Positions 1-9,870 of a DNA stretch of 64,000 nucleotides are shown here, piece after piece. Under the pieces are notes generated by a model. The model had not been told where the DNA came from. It saw only the letters and a program-made list of their open reading frames with translations, and did no database searches. Position 1 is the stretch's first letter, and each line of letters begins with the position of its first letter. A program made the translations under genes and the position numbers. Source of the DNA: a virus (lineage: Duplodnaviria; Heunggongvirae; Uroviricota; Caudoviricetes); the IMG/VR virus record IMGVR_UViG_3300031133_000383, positions 58,635 through 122,634 of that record. One strand, 5' to 3'.

Positions 1-239
1 CAACTAGACTTTACATTCACTAAAAAAGAACACTATTGTTTGATTGATAGTTCAGGTAACAATAAATTAAAGTTGAATTTGATAATCCTCAAATAGCTAC
101 CAGCATTATTGATGATCTATATTATACTGTTTATTATGGATTGATGTTCAAAATGTGCAACATAGAATTTATACCAAAACAAGAATTTCTAAAACATAAA
201 GAACACTACAATACTATTTTAGACATCTTTAAACAATAG
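1..239 (+). pseudogene. 3' part of a frameshifted (or indel-error) hypothetical CDS ending ...HYNTILDIFKQ
   Basis: Frame 1 is open 1-96 and frame 3 is open 66-239; one extra A near 63-70 would join them. The C-terminus resembles the shared orphan motif. Confidence 0.45.
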
Positions 240-243
240 ATAG

Positions 244-272
244 TTGACTTTTGCGATTAAGTGGTATATCAT
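244..272 (+). promoter_or_regulatory. sigma70-type promoter of nadE
   Basis: TTGACT-17 nt-TATCAT; AAGGAG RBS before ATG 325. Confidence 0.7.
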
Positions 273-324
273 GCTTATAAATAGAAAATATTGCAGTTAA
301 TAATATTAATTAAGGAGATATAAC

Positions 325-1191
325 ATGAGTAAACTAATTTATGGTTCCGCAGAATATGAAGCACTGAAGAAAGAAAGTCTAGCAGAGTTTGGTGTAGTAC
401 CCACTGAAAAATTTGATGTTGAAGCAGCGATTCGAGACCGTATTGATTATCTTAAATCTTTTCTGAAAAGTACAGGTTTGAAAGGGTTTGTGTTGGGTAT
501 TAGTGGTGGTGTTGATAGTTCAACTGTTGGCCGTCTGTGTCAGATTGCGTGTGAAGAACTAAGAACAGAAGGTTATCAGGCACAATTTATAGCCATGAGG
601 CTTCCAGCAGGTATTCAAGCAGACGAAGATGATGCTCAGGAAGCTATTAAATTTATCAAAGCCGACAAAATGATGACTATTAATGTGGGTGAAGCAGCCG
701 CCAATCTCAGTATTCAAGGCGTAGAGCAATTTAAATCAGTAGAAGGTGTTTCGCCCACTGATTTTCAAATTGACTTTAATAAAGGCAATATTAAAGCACG
801 TCTTCGTATGGTTGCACAGTATCAGGTGGGTGCCATGTATTCTGCTGCCGTTATTGGTACTGATCATAATACAGAAGGTGTTTGCGGTTTTTGGACCAAA
901 TGGGGAGATGGTGCTTGCGATCTCATTGTACTCAATGGTTTGAATAAAACACAAGTACGCCTCGTCGCCAAAGCTTTAGGTGCTCCTGAATTTTTATGGA
1001 GTAAAGTTGCCACGGCTGACCTTGAAGAACTTGCACCACAAAAAACTGATGAATCTGCATTGGGTGTTGATTATAATGTTTTAGATAAATATCTTGAAGG
1101 TTATGATATTGATAAAGAAGTTGAATTTAAAATTGTTCGTCAATATCAAATCACACAGCATAAAAGAAAGCCTATTGTAAGTTTTCAATAA
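325..1191 (+). CDS. nadE: NH3-dependent NAD+ synthetase
   Basis: LGISGGVDS PP-loop, GNIKARLRM, GTDHxxE, GFWTKWGDG, TADLE, DESALG, HKR motifs. Confidence 0.95.
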   Translation: MSKLIYGSAEYEALKKESLAEFGVVPTEKFDVEAAIRDRIDYLKSFLKSTGLKGFVLGISGGVDSSTVGRLCQIACEELRTEGYQAQFIAMRLPAGIQADEDDAQEAIKFIKADKMMTINVGEAAANLSIQGVEQFKSVEGVSPTDFQIDFNKGNIKARLRMVAQYQVGAMYSAAVIGTDHNTEGVCGFWTKWGDGACDLIVLNGLNKTQVRLVAKALGAPEFLWSKVATADLEELAPQKTDESALGVDYNVLDKYLEGYDIDKEVEFKIVRQYQITQHKRKPIVSFQ

Positions 1192-1192
1192 T

Positions 1193-1213
1193 AAAGCTCC
1201 GAAAGGAGTTTTT
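1193..1213 (+). terminator. intrinsic terminator
   Basis: aaagctcc-GAAA-ggagtttt followed by a T-run. Confidence 0.8.
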
Positions 1214-1332
1214 ATTTTTTTAAAGAAAAATCTCATTTAATTATTTTAAAAACGAAAAACATCGATTTTATTGGTTTTTTTTGATTTCTTATATTTTTAT
1301 GCTAGAATGTAACAAAACCATGATAATATAAA

Positions 1333-1584
1333 ATGTCAAAATTCGCAAAAATATTAGAAACAAAGGATATTTTCGCATTAAATCTTGATGACTTTTCAGG
1401 TTTGGATGACTTTGAAATATCAAAAGGTCTTATATGGAACTTTAAGTATTATTTAGTTCACAATACCATTAATATCAATGAGTTGTTCAAAATTTCAGAA
1501 AATCAAGTCAATGTATTGATTGATGTTGACAATAATACAGAATTTACTCGAATTATTGATATAATTTCAAAATCAATAAAATAG
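1333..1584 (+). CDS. hypothetical protein
   Basis: 83 aa ORF with upstream TTGATT...TGcTAGAAT promoter. Confidence 0.6.
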   Translation: MSKFAKILETKDIFALNLDDFSGLDDFEISKGLIWNFKYYLVHNTININELFKISENQVNVLIDVDNNTEFTRIIDIISKSIK

Positions 1585-1689
1585 TATTAAACCTTATTTA
1601 TATTGTTTATCGTCAAAAAAACCTTTTGTAGTATATCGCTTGATTAAAAAAAAATATAAGTATATGATAACTATAACCACAGGTGACCT

Positions 1690-2292
1690 ATGAATAAAGA
1701 AGATTATGAATATTTAATGTCTGAACGTTATTCCATATTGCTTCACGCTGATATAGAGCGTTTTGGAATGGTTTCATTTATAACTACTCATTTCCACATT
1801 CACTACATATATGAAAGCTTGACATTTATCATTACAGATGATGGCACCAATAAAATTATTAAAAAATTTAACAAAAATAATCTTGACTATAAATCCAGTC
1901 TTTATGGTTTGCCTGCTCAAATCACCTATAATAACGCTGGATTACCCATGTTAATACTGTACAGGCATACTGATACTAAAGGAATTCCCAATAAAACAGT
2001 TAAAAATTATGCCGTTAACAATGTGTTACTGGATACCAAATATTATTGGTATGATGAAAATGAAGTTTTATTAAATGAACGATTAACCACTTTCTTTAAT
2101 CATTTTTTTATGGAAAAAATGTTTGATATTACCATAGATTATGATAATAGCCGTATCATGACTATCATCATTCAGGCCATTTTGGAGGGTAAATCAGCAG
2201 AGATTGTTGAAGCTTTTAAAGTACTTAATATTAAAAGCCTCGATCATCTTGACCAAGCAGATTCTGTATTGGTTGAAATGCTTCAGTTATAA
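1690..2292 (+). CDS. hypothetical protein, shared C-terminal motif family (...VLVEMLQL)
   Basis: ORF with AGGTG RBS and own promoter; C-terminal motif. Confidence 0.8.
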   Translation: MNKEDYEYLMSERYSILLHADIERFGMVSFITTHFHIHYIYESLTFIITDDGTNKIIKKFNKNNLDYKSSLYGLPAQITYNNAGLPMLILYRHTDTKGIPNKTVKNYAVNNVLLDTKYYWYDENEVLLNERLTTFFNHFFMEKMFDITIDYDNSRIMTIIIQAILEGKSAEIVEAFKVLNIKSLDHLDQADSVLVEMLQL

Positions 2293-2296
2293 AACA

Positions 2297-2710
2297 TTAA
2301 TTTTTTAAACATTTAGCAATATAGTCTTGTTGCTCTTGACTCATCTGGCTAGTGTTTAATGTTTTTATGAATGTTTTCAATTCATCAGCTTCTTTTTTAT
2401 ATTTTCTAATGACTTGTTCAGTATGTACAGATTGAGATTGTTTGATACTTTCTTTAATGGCATTAACATCCTCTCGTGTTAGTACTGTTAAGTCATTTTC
2501 AGGATAAATAATAAATTTTTTACTATCCCAATCAAATCCAAAATGTGCTGATTGTACTTCTTCTAATTCCTTCAAATCTACTGATTTTACATTTGTTACG
2601 GGGGTTCCCCCAAGACTGCCGGGTCTAAATATCGCAATACCTACACGAATTTTTTTATCTATAGGTAACTTATAATTATTAATGATCTCAATCAATTCGC
2701 CAATTTCCAT
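2297..2710 (-). CDS. hypothetical protein (GGTP...GFDWD motif)
   Basis: 137 aa ORF with GGGGGA RBS. Confidence 0.8.
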   Translation of the reverse strand: MEIGELIEIINNYKLPIDKKIRVGIAIFRPGSLGGTPVTNVKSVDLKELEEVQSAHFGFDWDSKKFIIYPENDLTVLTREDVNAIKESIKQSQSVHTEQVIRKYKKEADELKTFIKTLNTSQMSQEQQDYIAKCLKN

Positions 2711-2871
2711 TCTGTCCCCCTTATTTTGGACATTATTATATCAAAAAATTACATTATTGGCAAGCATCAATATCTCTTAAAAATCAATATTAACTTTTTT
2801 TATTGAATTGACTTATACTATTTAATTGATATATTATAATAACTTAACGGATAGTAATATGGGGAAACAAT

Positions 2872-3054
2872 ATGCCAAAAATTATACTAAAACCACAGGA
2901 AAAAATTGAGTTTGCTCTTCGTCGTTTTAAAAAAGCTTGTGATAAAGCTAAGATTATTCAAGATTATAGAAAACATGAATTTTATATTCCAGAAACTGAA
3001 CTCAAAGTGCTTAGAAAAAAAGAAGCCATAAAAAGAGAAAAGAAAAAACGATAA
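2872..3054 (+). CDS. rpsU: 30S ribosomal protein bS21
   Basis: MPKI...E.ALRRFKK.C.K...DYRKHEFY..E...RKK.A.KR matches the bS21 pattern. Confidence 0.92.
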   Translation: MPKIILKPQEKIEFALRRFKKACDKAKIIQDYRKHEFYIPETELKVLRKKEAIKREKKKR

Positions 3055-3128
3055 TAACATGTCTTTTCAATAATATTCAGTTATCATAACAGTGTCTTCT
3101 TAATACTCTATATAACTGGTTATAATAG

Positions 3129-3160
3129 TTGACATCCTCCCCCACCTGAAGGGAGATGTC
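3129..3160. other. GC-rich hairpin resembling an IS200/IS605-family end remnant
   Basis: ttGACATCcTCCC-ccacctgaa-GGGAGATGTC; no transposase nearby. Confidence 0.3.
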
Positions 3161-3360
3161 TTCTTTCACCAAAAGCATTATAAAATTTATAACCCAAATG
3201 ACAATAACTATAAATACTTAATATAGTGTATTTATTTATAGTTAGCATAGGCCAAAATGATTTAAATTTACTTTTTGATAATTGATTTTTGGATGTTTTT
3301 CTGCTATAGTACAAAAACGATAGGCAATCTATCTAGTTCACTTAATATTTGGAGGAATTT

Positions 3361-3681
3361 ATGAATAAAGCTATCCATTCTACTACTTTTGATGTCACAG
3401 ATGCACTACATGAACATATCAATACCAATATCTCGAAAATTGAACAGCACAACGATAAAACAACACACATTGATGTTTTTCTGAAAAAAGACAATCTTAA
3501 ATTTATTGCAGAATTTAAACTTTTGGTTCCTCACACCAATGGGGTTCTGGTTAGCTCTTCGAGTGAGGATATGTATCATGCCATTACAGAAGCAACCAAC
3601 AAAGTACTCATTAAGTTAAAGAAACTTAAAGAAAAATCAAAAAGTAAGCTACATCAAAAAATTTTGGTAGCAGAAGAGTAA
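3361..3681 (+). CDS. hpf: ribosome hibernation factor HPF/RaiA (S30AE family)
   Basis: FDVTDALHEHI, SEDMYHAI motifs; GGAGG RBS supports start 3361. Confidence 0.88.
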   Translation: MNKAIHSTTFDVTDALHEHINTNISKIEQHNDKTTHIDVFLKKDNLKFIAEFKLLVPHTNGVLVSSSSEDMYHAITEATNKVLIKLKKLKEKSKSKLHQKILVAEE

Positions 3682-3694
3682 AAGAAGAGTAAAC

Positions 3695-3717
3695 AAAGAC
3701 CAGCAAAGCTGGTCTTT
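3695..3717 (+). terminator. hairpin terminator (AAAGAC...GTCTTT type)
   Basis: aaagaccagc-aaa-gctggtcttt. Confidence 0.65.
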
Positions 3718-3736
3718 AACAATAGGATGGAAATGA

Positions 3737-4393
3737 TTGAAACAAAGTAAACGAGATAGAATCAATTTCAGTTTGAATGAAATTCATAACGATGTAATGG
3801 AATTGTTCAAAATAGATCAAGATGTTCGAGAATGTTATATTGATATTCTGGATACTTTTGAATCTGATTATTCCTATTATGAAGATTATGCTTATCCTTA
3901 TTTCATGAAAGAAAATATAGCCATGGTTAATGATTTTAATCAGCAATATAAAATTACCAATCAAGTATTGGATAAGAATTATATTGAAGACCATAATAAT
4001 GCTTACTTTATGATAAATTTTGAGGATATACGTTCTGATTGTACACATCCTTTGGTTATTTTGTTACTAGAACATTACTCGGGTCTAGCTGATTGTCATT
4101 CCTTTAATATATTCTTGGCTTATCATCAGCCTAAATGGAATTATAGGACAGAAATAATATTAAAAGTTTTTATTAATGATCTCGACTGTAAGTGGCCTAG
4201 TCGCAATGTCAATGAATTGAATTATATCAATAATCAAGTCTATCCATCTTTTGTAGAAACGGGTTTCCATAAAGTTATCTATAATGACTTAAAATTGAGA
4301 CCTTATTTTTACAAGAGATTGGACATGAATGAAGACTATATTGTGACTCATTTTGATGACGTTAAATGGTTATTGGAAGCTATTGATTATTGA
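3737..4393 (+). CDS. hypothetical protein, shared C-terminal motif family (...WLLEAIDY)
   Basis: 218 aa ORF; C-terminal motif. Confidence 0.75.
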   Translation: MKQSKRDRINFSLNEIHNDVMELFKIDQDVRECYIDILDTFESDYSYYEDYAYPYFMKENIAMVNDFNQQYKITNQVLDKNYIEDHNNAYFMINFEDIRSDCTHPLVILLLEHYSGLADCHSFNIFLAYHQPKWNYRTEIILKVFINDLDCKWPSRNVNELNYINNQVYPSFVETGFHKVIYNDLKLRPYFYKRLDMNEDYIVTHFDDVKWLLEAIDY

Positions 4394-4445
4394 GTTATTG
4401 ATTAAAATAGGGTATAATAGTGCTCTCTTAACAAGGAATACTAAC

Positions 4446-5618
4446 ATGATTGAATCAATGGTCAAAAATTTTATTCAACAACATCCTCGTAAAAAATACA
4501 TTATTGCATACAGTGGCGGTGTTGATAGTCAAGTACTGCTGCATGCCTTTGCAAAGGTTGTTCCTAATCAAGTAGTTGCCTTTCATATTAATCATGGTAT
4601 TTCTGAGCAAGCCGATGCTTGGACAGACTTTTGTTTTCTGAACGCTTGCCTTTTGGGCGTAAAATTTGAAGTCAAAAAGTTTTCACTTAAAGGAATCAGT
4701 AACCTTGAAGATGTTGCTCGACAAGCTCGTTATGGAGAATTTCTTAAAGTAATGAATAATGATACAGCATTGGTGACAGGCCATCATATGGATGATCAGG
4801 TAGAAACTTTTATGCTCAACTTGATGCGTGGAGCAGGTCTTGACGGGCTTGCTGCAATGCCAGAAAGTAAATCATTTGGTGAGGGGGTTCATCTACGTCC
4901 ATTTCTTGCTATCGGCAAACAGGATCTAACCGATTATGCGGTCAAAAACAATTTGAAATGGGTAGAAGATGAAAGTAATAAAGACAGCGTTTATGACCGA
5001 AACTTTATTCGTAATGAGATCATGCCATTGATCAAGACTCGATGGGAGAATGCAAGTTCTGCTGTATGTCAAAGTATTAATCACATTCAAAATGCAAAAA
5101 ACTATATCGATGAAAAAAATGATGTAATGGATATCAATAAAGACACCCTTTCTATTACTGAACTGTTGTCCTTCAATGCTTATGAACAGACACATATTGT
5201 CCGAAAATGGGTATCAAAAAAGTTGGGTAAATCAGCATCACAAAACATGTTGAACACTATTTTTAATGAGATTATTCCTGCACGAGAAGACGCGAAAATG
5301 AAATGGGAGCAAAAAAACTATTTTATCACTCGTTATGAAGATTCATTGTACTTTGTTAAAAAAGAAAAAAAATCATATGATATTGCAGCATTACTTAAAT
5401 CAGCTAATATTGATCTATCTGTTGATGATGTAACTGTCAATGAAAGAGTGAACGGGGCAGTCATTAAAATGGGCGAGCATCATAAAAAAGTTAAAAAACT
5501 ATTTAATGAAATGCATATTCCTACATGGGAACGTGAGAACATTCCTTTTATTTATCATGGTGATGTTTTGGTTTCAGTAGGTGGTATCATCAATAACACA
5601 GATTATATCAAGAAATAA
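4446..5618 (+). CDS. tilS: tRNA(Ile2) lysidine synthetase
   Basis: AYSGGVDS, HINHG, ARQARY, GHHMDDQVET, LRP, DESN, RNFIR, TilS_C (KKLF...IP.WER). Start moved to 4446 because TTGAGT-17-TATAAT (4390-4418) and an AAGGA RBS lie inside the track ORF. Confidence 0.93.
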   Translation: MIESMVKNFIQQHPRKKYIIAYSGGVDSQVLLHAFAKVVPNQVVAFHINHGISEQADAWTDFCFLNACLLGVKFEVKKFSLKGISNLEDVARQARYGEFLKVMNNDTALVTGHHMDDQVETFMLNLMRGAGLDGLAAMPESKSFGEGVHLRPFLAIGKQDLTDYAVKNNLKWVEDESNKDSVYDRNFIRNEIMPLIKTRWENASSAVCQSINHIQNAKNYIDEKNDVMDINKDTLSITELLSFNAYEQTHIVRKWVSKKLGKSASQNMLNTIFNEIIPAREDAKMKWEQKNYFITRYEDSLYFVKKEKKSYDIAALLKSANIDLSVDDVTVNERVNGAVIKMGEHHKKVKKLFNEMHIPTWERENIPFIYHGDVLVSVGGIINNTDYIKK

Positions 5619-5642
5619 AAAAAGACCTTAAAGGTCTTTTTT
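5617..5642. terminator. bidirectional terminator
   Basis: aaaaaaagacct-taa-aggtctttttt between convergent genes. Confidence 0.8.
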
Positions 5643-6167
5643 ATCTTTTCGCGATAACTTATAATTGATTTCAACTTTCATTAGTTCTCTAATAACTTTT
5701 TTGTTGATGCCATCAGTAAATATAACATACAACCCATTTTCTTTGTATTTATATTTTCTTACCACTCTGGAAATGTCTTCTAAAAATTCAGGGTCAGAAG
5801 TTTCTTTTTTCATTTTTGTAATGACATTGTTGATATCTTCCTCTTTTACTGCAACATACTGTTTAAAGTTTTCGCCATATATCTTACCATAACACATGAT
5901 GGTTATTTCTCGAATAATTATTGCCATTGAAATAATAAAGAAGGAAAAGCCAAATACAATTTTACAAAAGTCTATGAAACCTATATCTGATTTATAATCA
6001 GTCATTGATAACATATAACAACCAAGAATTACAAATACGGCGGTTCCTACTAGTGTATAGCGGCAGACGATTTCTATTGCATTATAGAACTTATTAAAAA
6101 ATTTATACTCAAATAAATGACGTAGATGATTATCAAGTTCTGCAAGTACTACACTTTTTGTATTCAT
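5628..6167 (-). CDS. membrane protein (2 predicted TM helices)
   Basis: Two hydrophobic segments; GAGG RBS before MNTKSV. Confidence 0.75.
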   Translation of the reverse strand: MNTKSVVLAELDNHLRHLFEYKFFNKFYNAIEIVCRYTLVGTAVFVILGCYMLSMTDYKSDIGFIDFCKIVFGFSFFIISMAIIIREITIMCYGKIYGENFKQYVAVKEEDINNVITKMKKETSDPEFLEDISRVVRKYKYKENGLYVIFTDGINKKVIRELMKVEINYKLSRKDKKDL

Positions 6168-6252
6168 AGTTGCCTCTTTTTTATTTTTTTTTCTAATGTC
6201 CACAATTATATTATGTTTTTTAGAAAATACAAGTATTTATTTTTACACTTTA

Positions 6253-6726
6253 TTATAAGCCGATTCTTGGAAAAAGACTTTTCTCTTTTATTCTCTGGTT
6301 TACAGCCTCAATTTCAGCATCAATAATAATTTTATTTTGTTCACGAACTTCTTGTGTTTTAACATTTATATTGTCAAAAGCCAATTTCATTTTTTCATTT
6401 AGGGCGATTTCCAATTGATTAATCTTTTCTACGCTTTCTGGCTTATTGGCAAATTTTGTTCTCAATTCTTGGAATCTTTTTGCATTGTTAATGTTTTGAC
6501 TTTTCATATAAATTCTATTATGAGTCAGTGTGTAATAATAAACATAATCAATTTTTTCTTTTGAATTTTTCAATTCTTCTTTATAATTTCTTAAATCTTC
6601 CAGTGTTTGAGGTTTGATTGCAACAGCTTCGATACTTATTGTTTCAATTTTTTGACAACAGTTTTCGTCAGCAAATGAATTGACTGAAATTAGCATAATT
6701 GATGCGGCGATTATATGTTTAAGCAT
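6253..6726 (-). CDS. exported helical/coiled-coil protein
   Basis: Sec signal peptide ending SFA. Confidence 0.8.
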   Translation of the reverse strand: MLKHIIAASIMLISVNSFADENCCQKIETISIEAVAIKPQTLEDLRNYKEELKNSKEKIDYVYYYTLTHNRIYMKSQNINNAKRFQELRTKFANKPESVEKINQLEIALNEKMKLAFDNINVKTQEVREQNKIIIDAEIEAVNQRIKEKSLFPRIGL

Positions 6727-6838
6727 ACCTTACCTAAAATTATTGGTTAATGATACATTATCATAGAATATGAATTTTTCAATACTTTGACTTGTTAATC
6801 GTCGCATGATACGATAAGAAAAAACAATAGGTAAACAG

Positions 6839-7081
6839 ATGTGGGATATTTTGGATGGGTACAAATATAGGCACCTAGCTGTAGCAGGCGTTTTTAAGCC
6901 TTCCAGTGAATATTCCACAGTCAATAAATCTGTTGCTCTTTATAAAAGAATTTCGGGCACTGTTGATCATGTTGAACAATCAAGGCTTGATCCTGATTAT
7001 TATAAATTAGTAACACCAGTTGCAAATACATTCAATGTTAATAATGAAAGAGTAGGAACTTTAATCAATACTTTCATTTAA
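6839..7081 (+). pseudogene. possible decayed ORF fragment
   Basis: 80 aa ORF; in-frame stops just upstream; weak RBS. Confidence 0.25.
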
Positions 7082-7231
7082 ATTGACACATTATTATAGG
7101 ATGCCTAGAACATAGGTAAGTCCTTATTTTTGCTATTATTTTATATCTTTTTATATTATATTTTTTTATTTTTTTTATTGACTAATCATAAAGAAAGATT
7201 AGAATAATTATAGAGATAAGGAGATATAAGT

Positions 7232-7786
7232 GTGAGTGCCATAATTACATACAGTCATATAGACAATAAAAAAAATATAAAAATTTCAACCTATGCAATT
7301 GGTAGTATAGATGAATTCTTAAAATTCGTATTAGCCAATAAAGAGTATATTATTTGGGCCAATCTAACTGACATGGTTAATGGCACCGTTGTTGAACAAT
7401 ATGTCAATATAAAAAACTATCAGAACAGCGGAATCGATAATGCTCAGTTGTCTTTGAAAGGCAAGAATGCCTATATTTATAAACGTGTTTATTTGATTCA
7501 TAAACTTGAGTTTCAAAATATAATAGATTTTATCAAATATACAAATGAAGCTTTTTATAAAAAATTGATTGAAAAGCAGGCGTTTAAACTGATGCCATTG
7601 AATAAATTCTTTCAAAGTAAAGTTTCAGATCAGTTTTATTTGTTTCCAGCAGACATTTATGACATTACAATGGGTGAATTTACACTTAATCTGGATATTT
7701 CTCAGTTAGCTGATTTCCAAGAAATTATTCCTGTAGCTAAAGAGATCTTTATGGATGTAGAAGATACAACAGAAATAACAGCTTGA
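7232..7786 (+). CDS. hypothetical protein
   Basis: GTG start with AAGGAG RBS; TTGACT...TAGAAT promoter. Confidence 0.8.
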   Translation: MSAIITYSHIDNKKNIKISTYAIGSIDEFLKFVLANKEYIIWANLTDMVNGTVVEQYVNIKNYQNSGIDNAQLSLKGKNAYIYKRVYLIHKLEFQNIIDFIKYTNEAFYKKLIEKQAFKLMPLNKFFQSKVSDQFYLFPADIYDITMGEFTLNLDISQLADFQEIIPVAKEIFMDVEDTTEITA

Positions 7787-7834
7787 AGTAACTACCTTTA
7801 TTTGTTATAATAGCCTCTTTTTAAAGGAGGTTTT

Positions 7835-8089
7835 ATGTCAAGTTTCTGGATAGATTATATTTCAAATGATTCACACATACAAATGAAAGCGAAAATACAC
7901 GAAATGATTAAAATTGGAATGGAAGCTGTGATGGAATATGTATTGGATAATGGCAAGATACATGTTACTAGAAAAGTTAGGGTTGTTGGTGAGGATGAAC
8001 TTTTTTATTATGTGGACACAGGGTATCTTAAAAATAATCCATTGTCCAAGGAATCAATTGTAAGTTTTGAACCATTGAATAGAAGTTGA
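7835..8089 (+). CDS. hypothetical protein
   Basis: AAGGAGG RBS; TGtTATAAT promoter. Confidence 0.8.
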   Translation: MSSFWIDYISNDSHIQMKAKIHEMIKIGMEAVMEYVLDNGKIHVTRKVRVVGEDELFYYVDTGYLKNNPLSKESIVSFEPLNRS

Positions 8090-8144
8090 ATTGATGGTTT
8101 GATATTTTTGTGCTATACTCTAAGAAAGTAAAAGAGTATATTAT

Positions 8145-8570
8145 ATGACAAAAAAAATTACAGTATTAATTGGTTTGCCGGGGTCGGGTAAATCACATTA
8201 TATCAAACAACATTTCAATTCAGAAGATTATACAATCTTGGATGACCCACGTTCTCCTAAAGATTTCCCTGATTCATTTGATAATCATTTAATTATTGCT
8301 GATTGTCATTTATGCAGGCCCGGTGTACTTGATTCTTTTTATGTATTTGCTAAAAAACGTTACCCTGATTCGCAAGTTAATCTTGTCTATTTTGAAAACA
8401 ATCCAACACAATGCCTCAAAAATGTGGATTACCGAAATGATGGTCGCTTGGTAGAGCCTACCATTAAACATATGACAAAATCTTATACCATTCCAGAAGG
8501 AATAGAATCTGTTCCAGTATTTGACACGTCTACTATAAAAAACAAGAAAAAATCAAAACCTAAATTTTGA
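8145..8570 (+). CDS. P-loop kinase-like (AAA_33/PNK-like) protein with Lys-rich C-tail
   Basis: LIGLPGSGKS Walker A, IIAD, C.KN..YR lid; ends KKKSKPKF. Confidence 0.75.
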   Translation: MTKKITVLIGLPGSGKSHYIKQHFNSEDYTILDDPRSPKDFPDSFDNHLIIADCHLCRPGVLDSFYVFAKKRYPDSQVNLVYFENNPTQCLKNVDYRNDGRLVEPTIKHMTKSYTIPEGIESVPVFDTSTIKNKKKSKPKF

Positions 8571-8621
8571 CATTGATTATAATAGCTGCTATTATTTTTA
8601 AATGTCTTTTTAGGAGCTATT

Positions 8622-9134
8622 GTGAAAAAAATTATTCGTAAAATGTCTGTATTGGTTCTATTTATAGCAATGGGATTTATTTTGTATTTCTCTCCTTATA
8701 TTGCACTTCACAACTTATTTTCAGCACTTGAAAACAATAACACTGCAACCGTCAATAAATTCATCAATTATAAAACTGTTGAAGAAAATATCTTTATTCG
8801 ATATCAAAAAAATATGTTTGGAGATTTAAAAACATCAGATTTGCCAGAAGATAAGGCCGTCAAGAAAAAAATTATGGAAGATGCTATACGTTACGGTATT
8901 GATGTTTTAATTGAACCTGATAATGTTATTGTCTTGCTGAATGCACTTCGCCTTGAAAAAACACCTTCTGGTTTAAACATCGTACCCATTTATGAATACA
9001 AAGATTTCAATACGTTTTCAGTAAAATTATCATTTGATGGAAAAGAGCAAGAACTGATATTTAAAAGAACTAGCTTTATTATTTGGCAAATAAATGACAT
9101 TATTTTCCCAACGGACTTTAATGCCATTGAATGA
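8622..9134 (+). CDS. membrane-anchored DUF2939-like protein
   Basis: N-terminal TM then SPYIAL..L..A..N.....V..FINY; C-terminal FKR....WQI. Confidence 0.6.
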   Translation: MKKIIRKMSVLVLFIAMGFILYFSPYIALHNLFSALENNNTATVNKFINYKTVEENIFIRYQKNMFGDLKTSDLPEDKAVKKKIMEDAIRYGIDVLIEPDNVIVLLNALRLEKTPSGLNIVPIYEYKDFNTFSVKLSFDGKEQELIFKRTSFIIWQINDIIFPTDFNAIE

Positions 9135-9152
9135 TTAATAAAAAATGGATGG

Positions 9153-9695
9153 TCAAGCATCCATTCTGTTAATAGCAGACAATAAAGAATCAACTGCAGA
9201 ACGTAAAGCATTTGAACTCTCACCAACTCCCCAATAAATGATATTACTGTTATTATCACGAATACCAATTAAAGTCAGTACTTTTGCTTCTGATGTAGCA
9301 GCATTATCGAATCCAGAATCAATGCCTGTAATGGCAGATGAACCATAGTGATAGATTTCAATCTCTTTATTCAATTCTGTCTTGATGGCTTTAAATAAAG
9401 AATCAATTGCCCCTAATCCCATATAATCGTCAAATTTTCGTTCAATTCCGTTAGAATAAAGAGACTGTTCAGGATTAACAATTAATAGGCTACCTTTAAA
9501 TTTAACGCCGCCATAATTATCAATTAATTGATAGTCATTCAGAATGTATCTGGAAACACGTTTAAGGTAATTGGCCTTAATTACTTTTACTGTGCTTTTA
9601 ATATCCGTTGCACCTAGTTTCTCAAGTTCTGATACAAATCCTTGTGGCAGATAAATTTGATAATGATCTTGTAAGGCTTCTTTCAATTTAGACAT
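9153..9695 (-). CDS. stand-alone 2-isopropylmalate synthase C-terminal regulatory (LeuA_dimer) domain
   Basis: G.GAIDSLFKAI, Y.SSAITG, SEA, WGVG.S.N.LRSAVDSLLSAINR; no TIM-barrel catalytic domain. Confidence 0.75.
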   Translation of the reverse strand: MSKLKEALQDHYQIYLPQGFVSELEKLGATDIKSTVKVIKANYLKRVSRYILNDYQLIDNYGGVKFKGSLLIVNPEQSLYSNGIERKFDDYMGLGAIDSLFKAIKTELNKEIEIYHYGSSAITGIDSGFDNAATSEAKVLTLIGIRDNNSNIIYWGVGESSNALRSAVDSLLSAINRMDA

Positions 9696-9870
9696 AATAG
9701 GCTCCTGTGTTTGATTTGATTATGATCTAGTGCGTTTATAAATGCAAGTATAATTAATAACTTTTCATTTTATTATCACTATTATTTTTTTAATGTTACT
9801 GCTTGATAGATGTTGCGATAGTTGGAGGTTTATGCTATGATGCTCATTCATACAAACAAGAGGAAGTACT

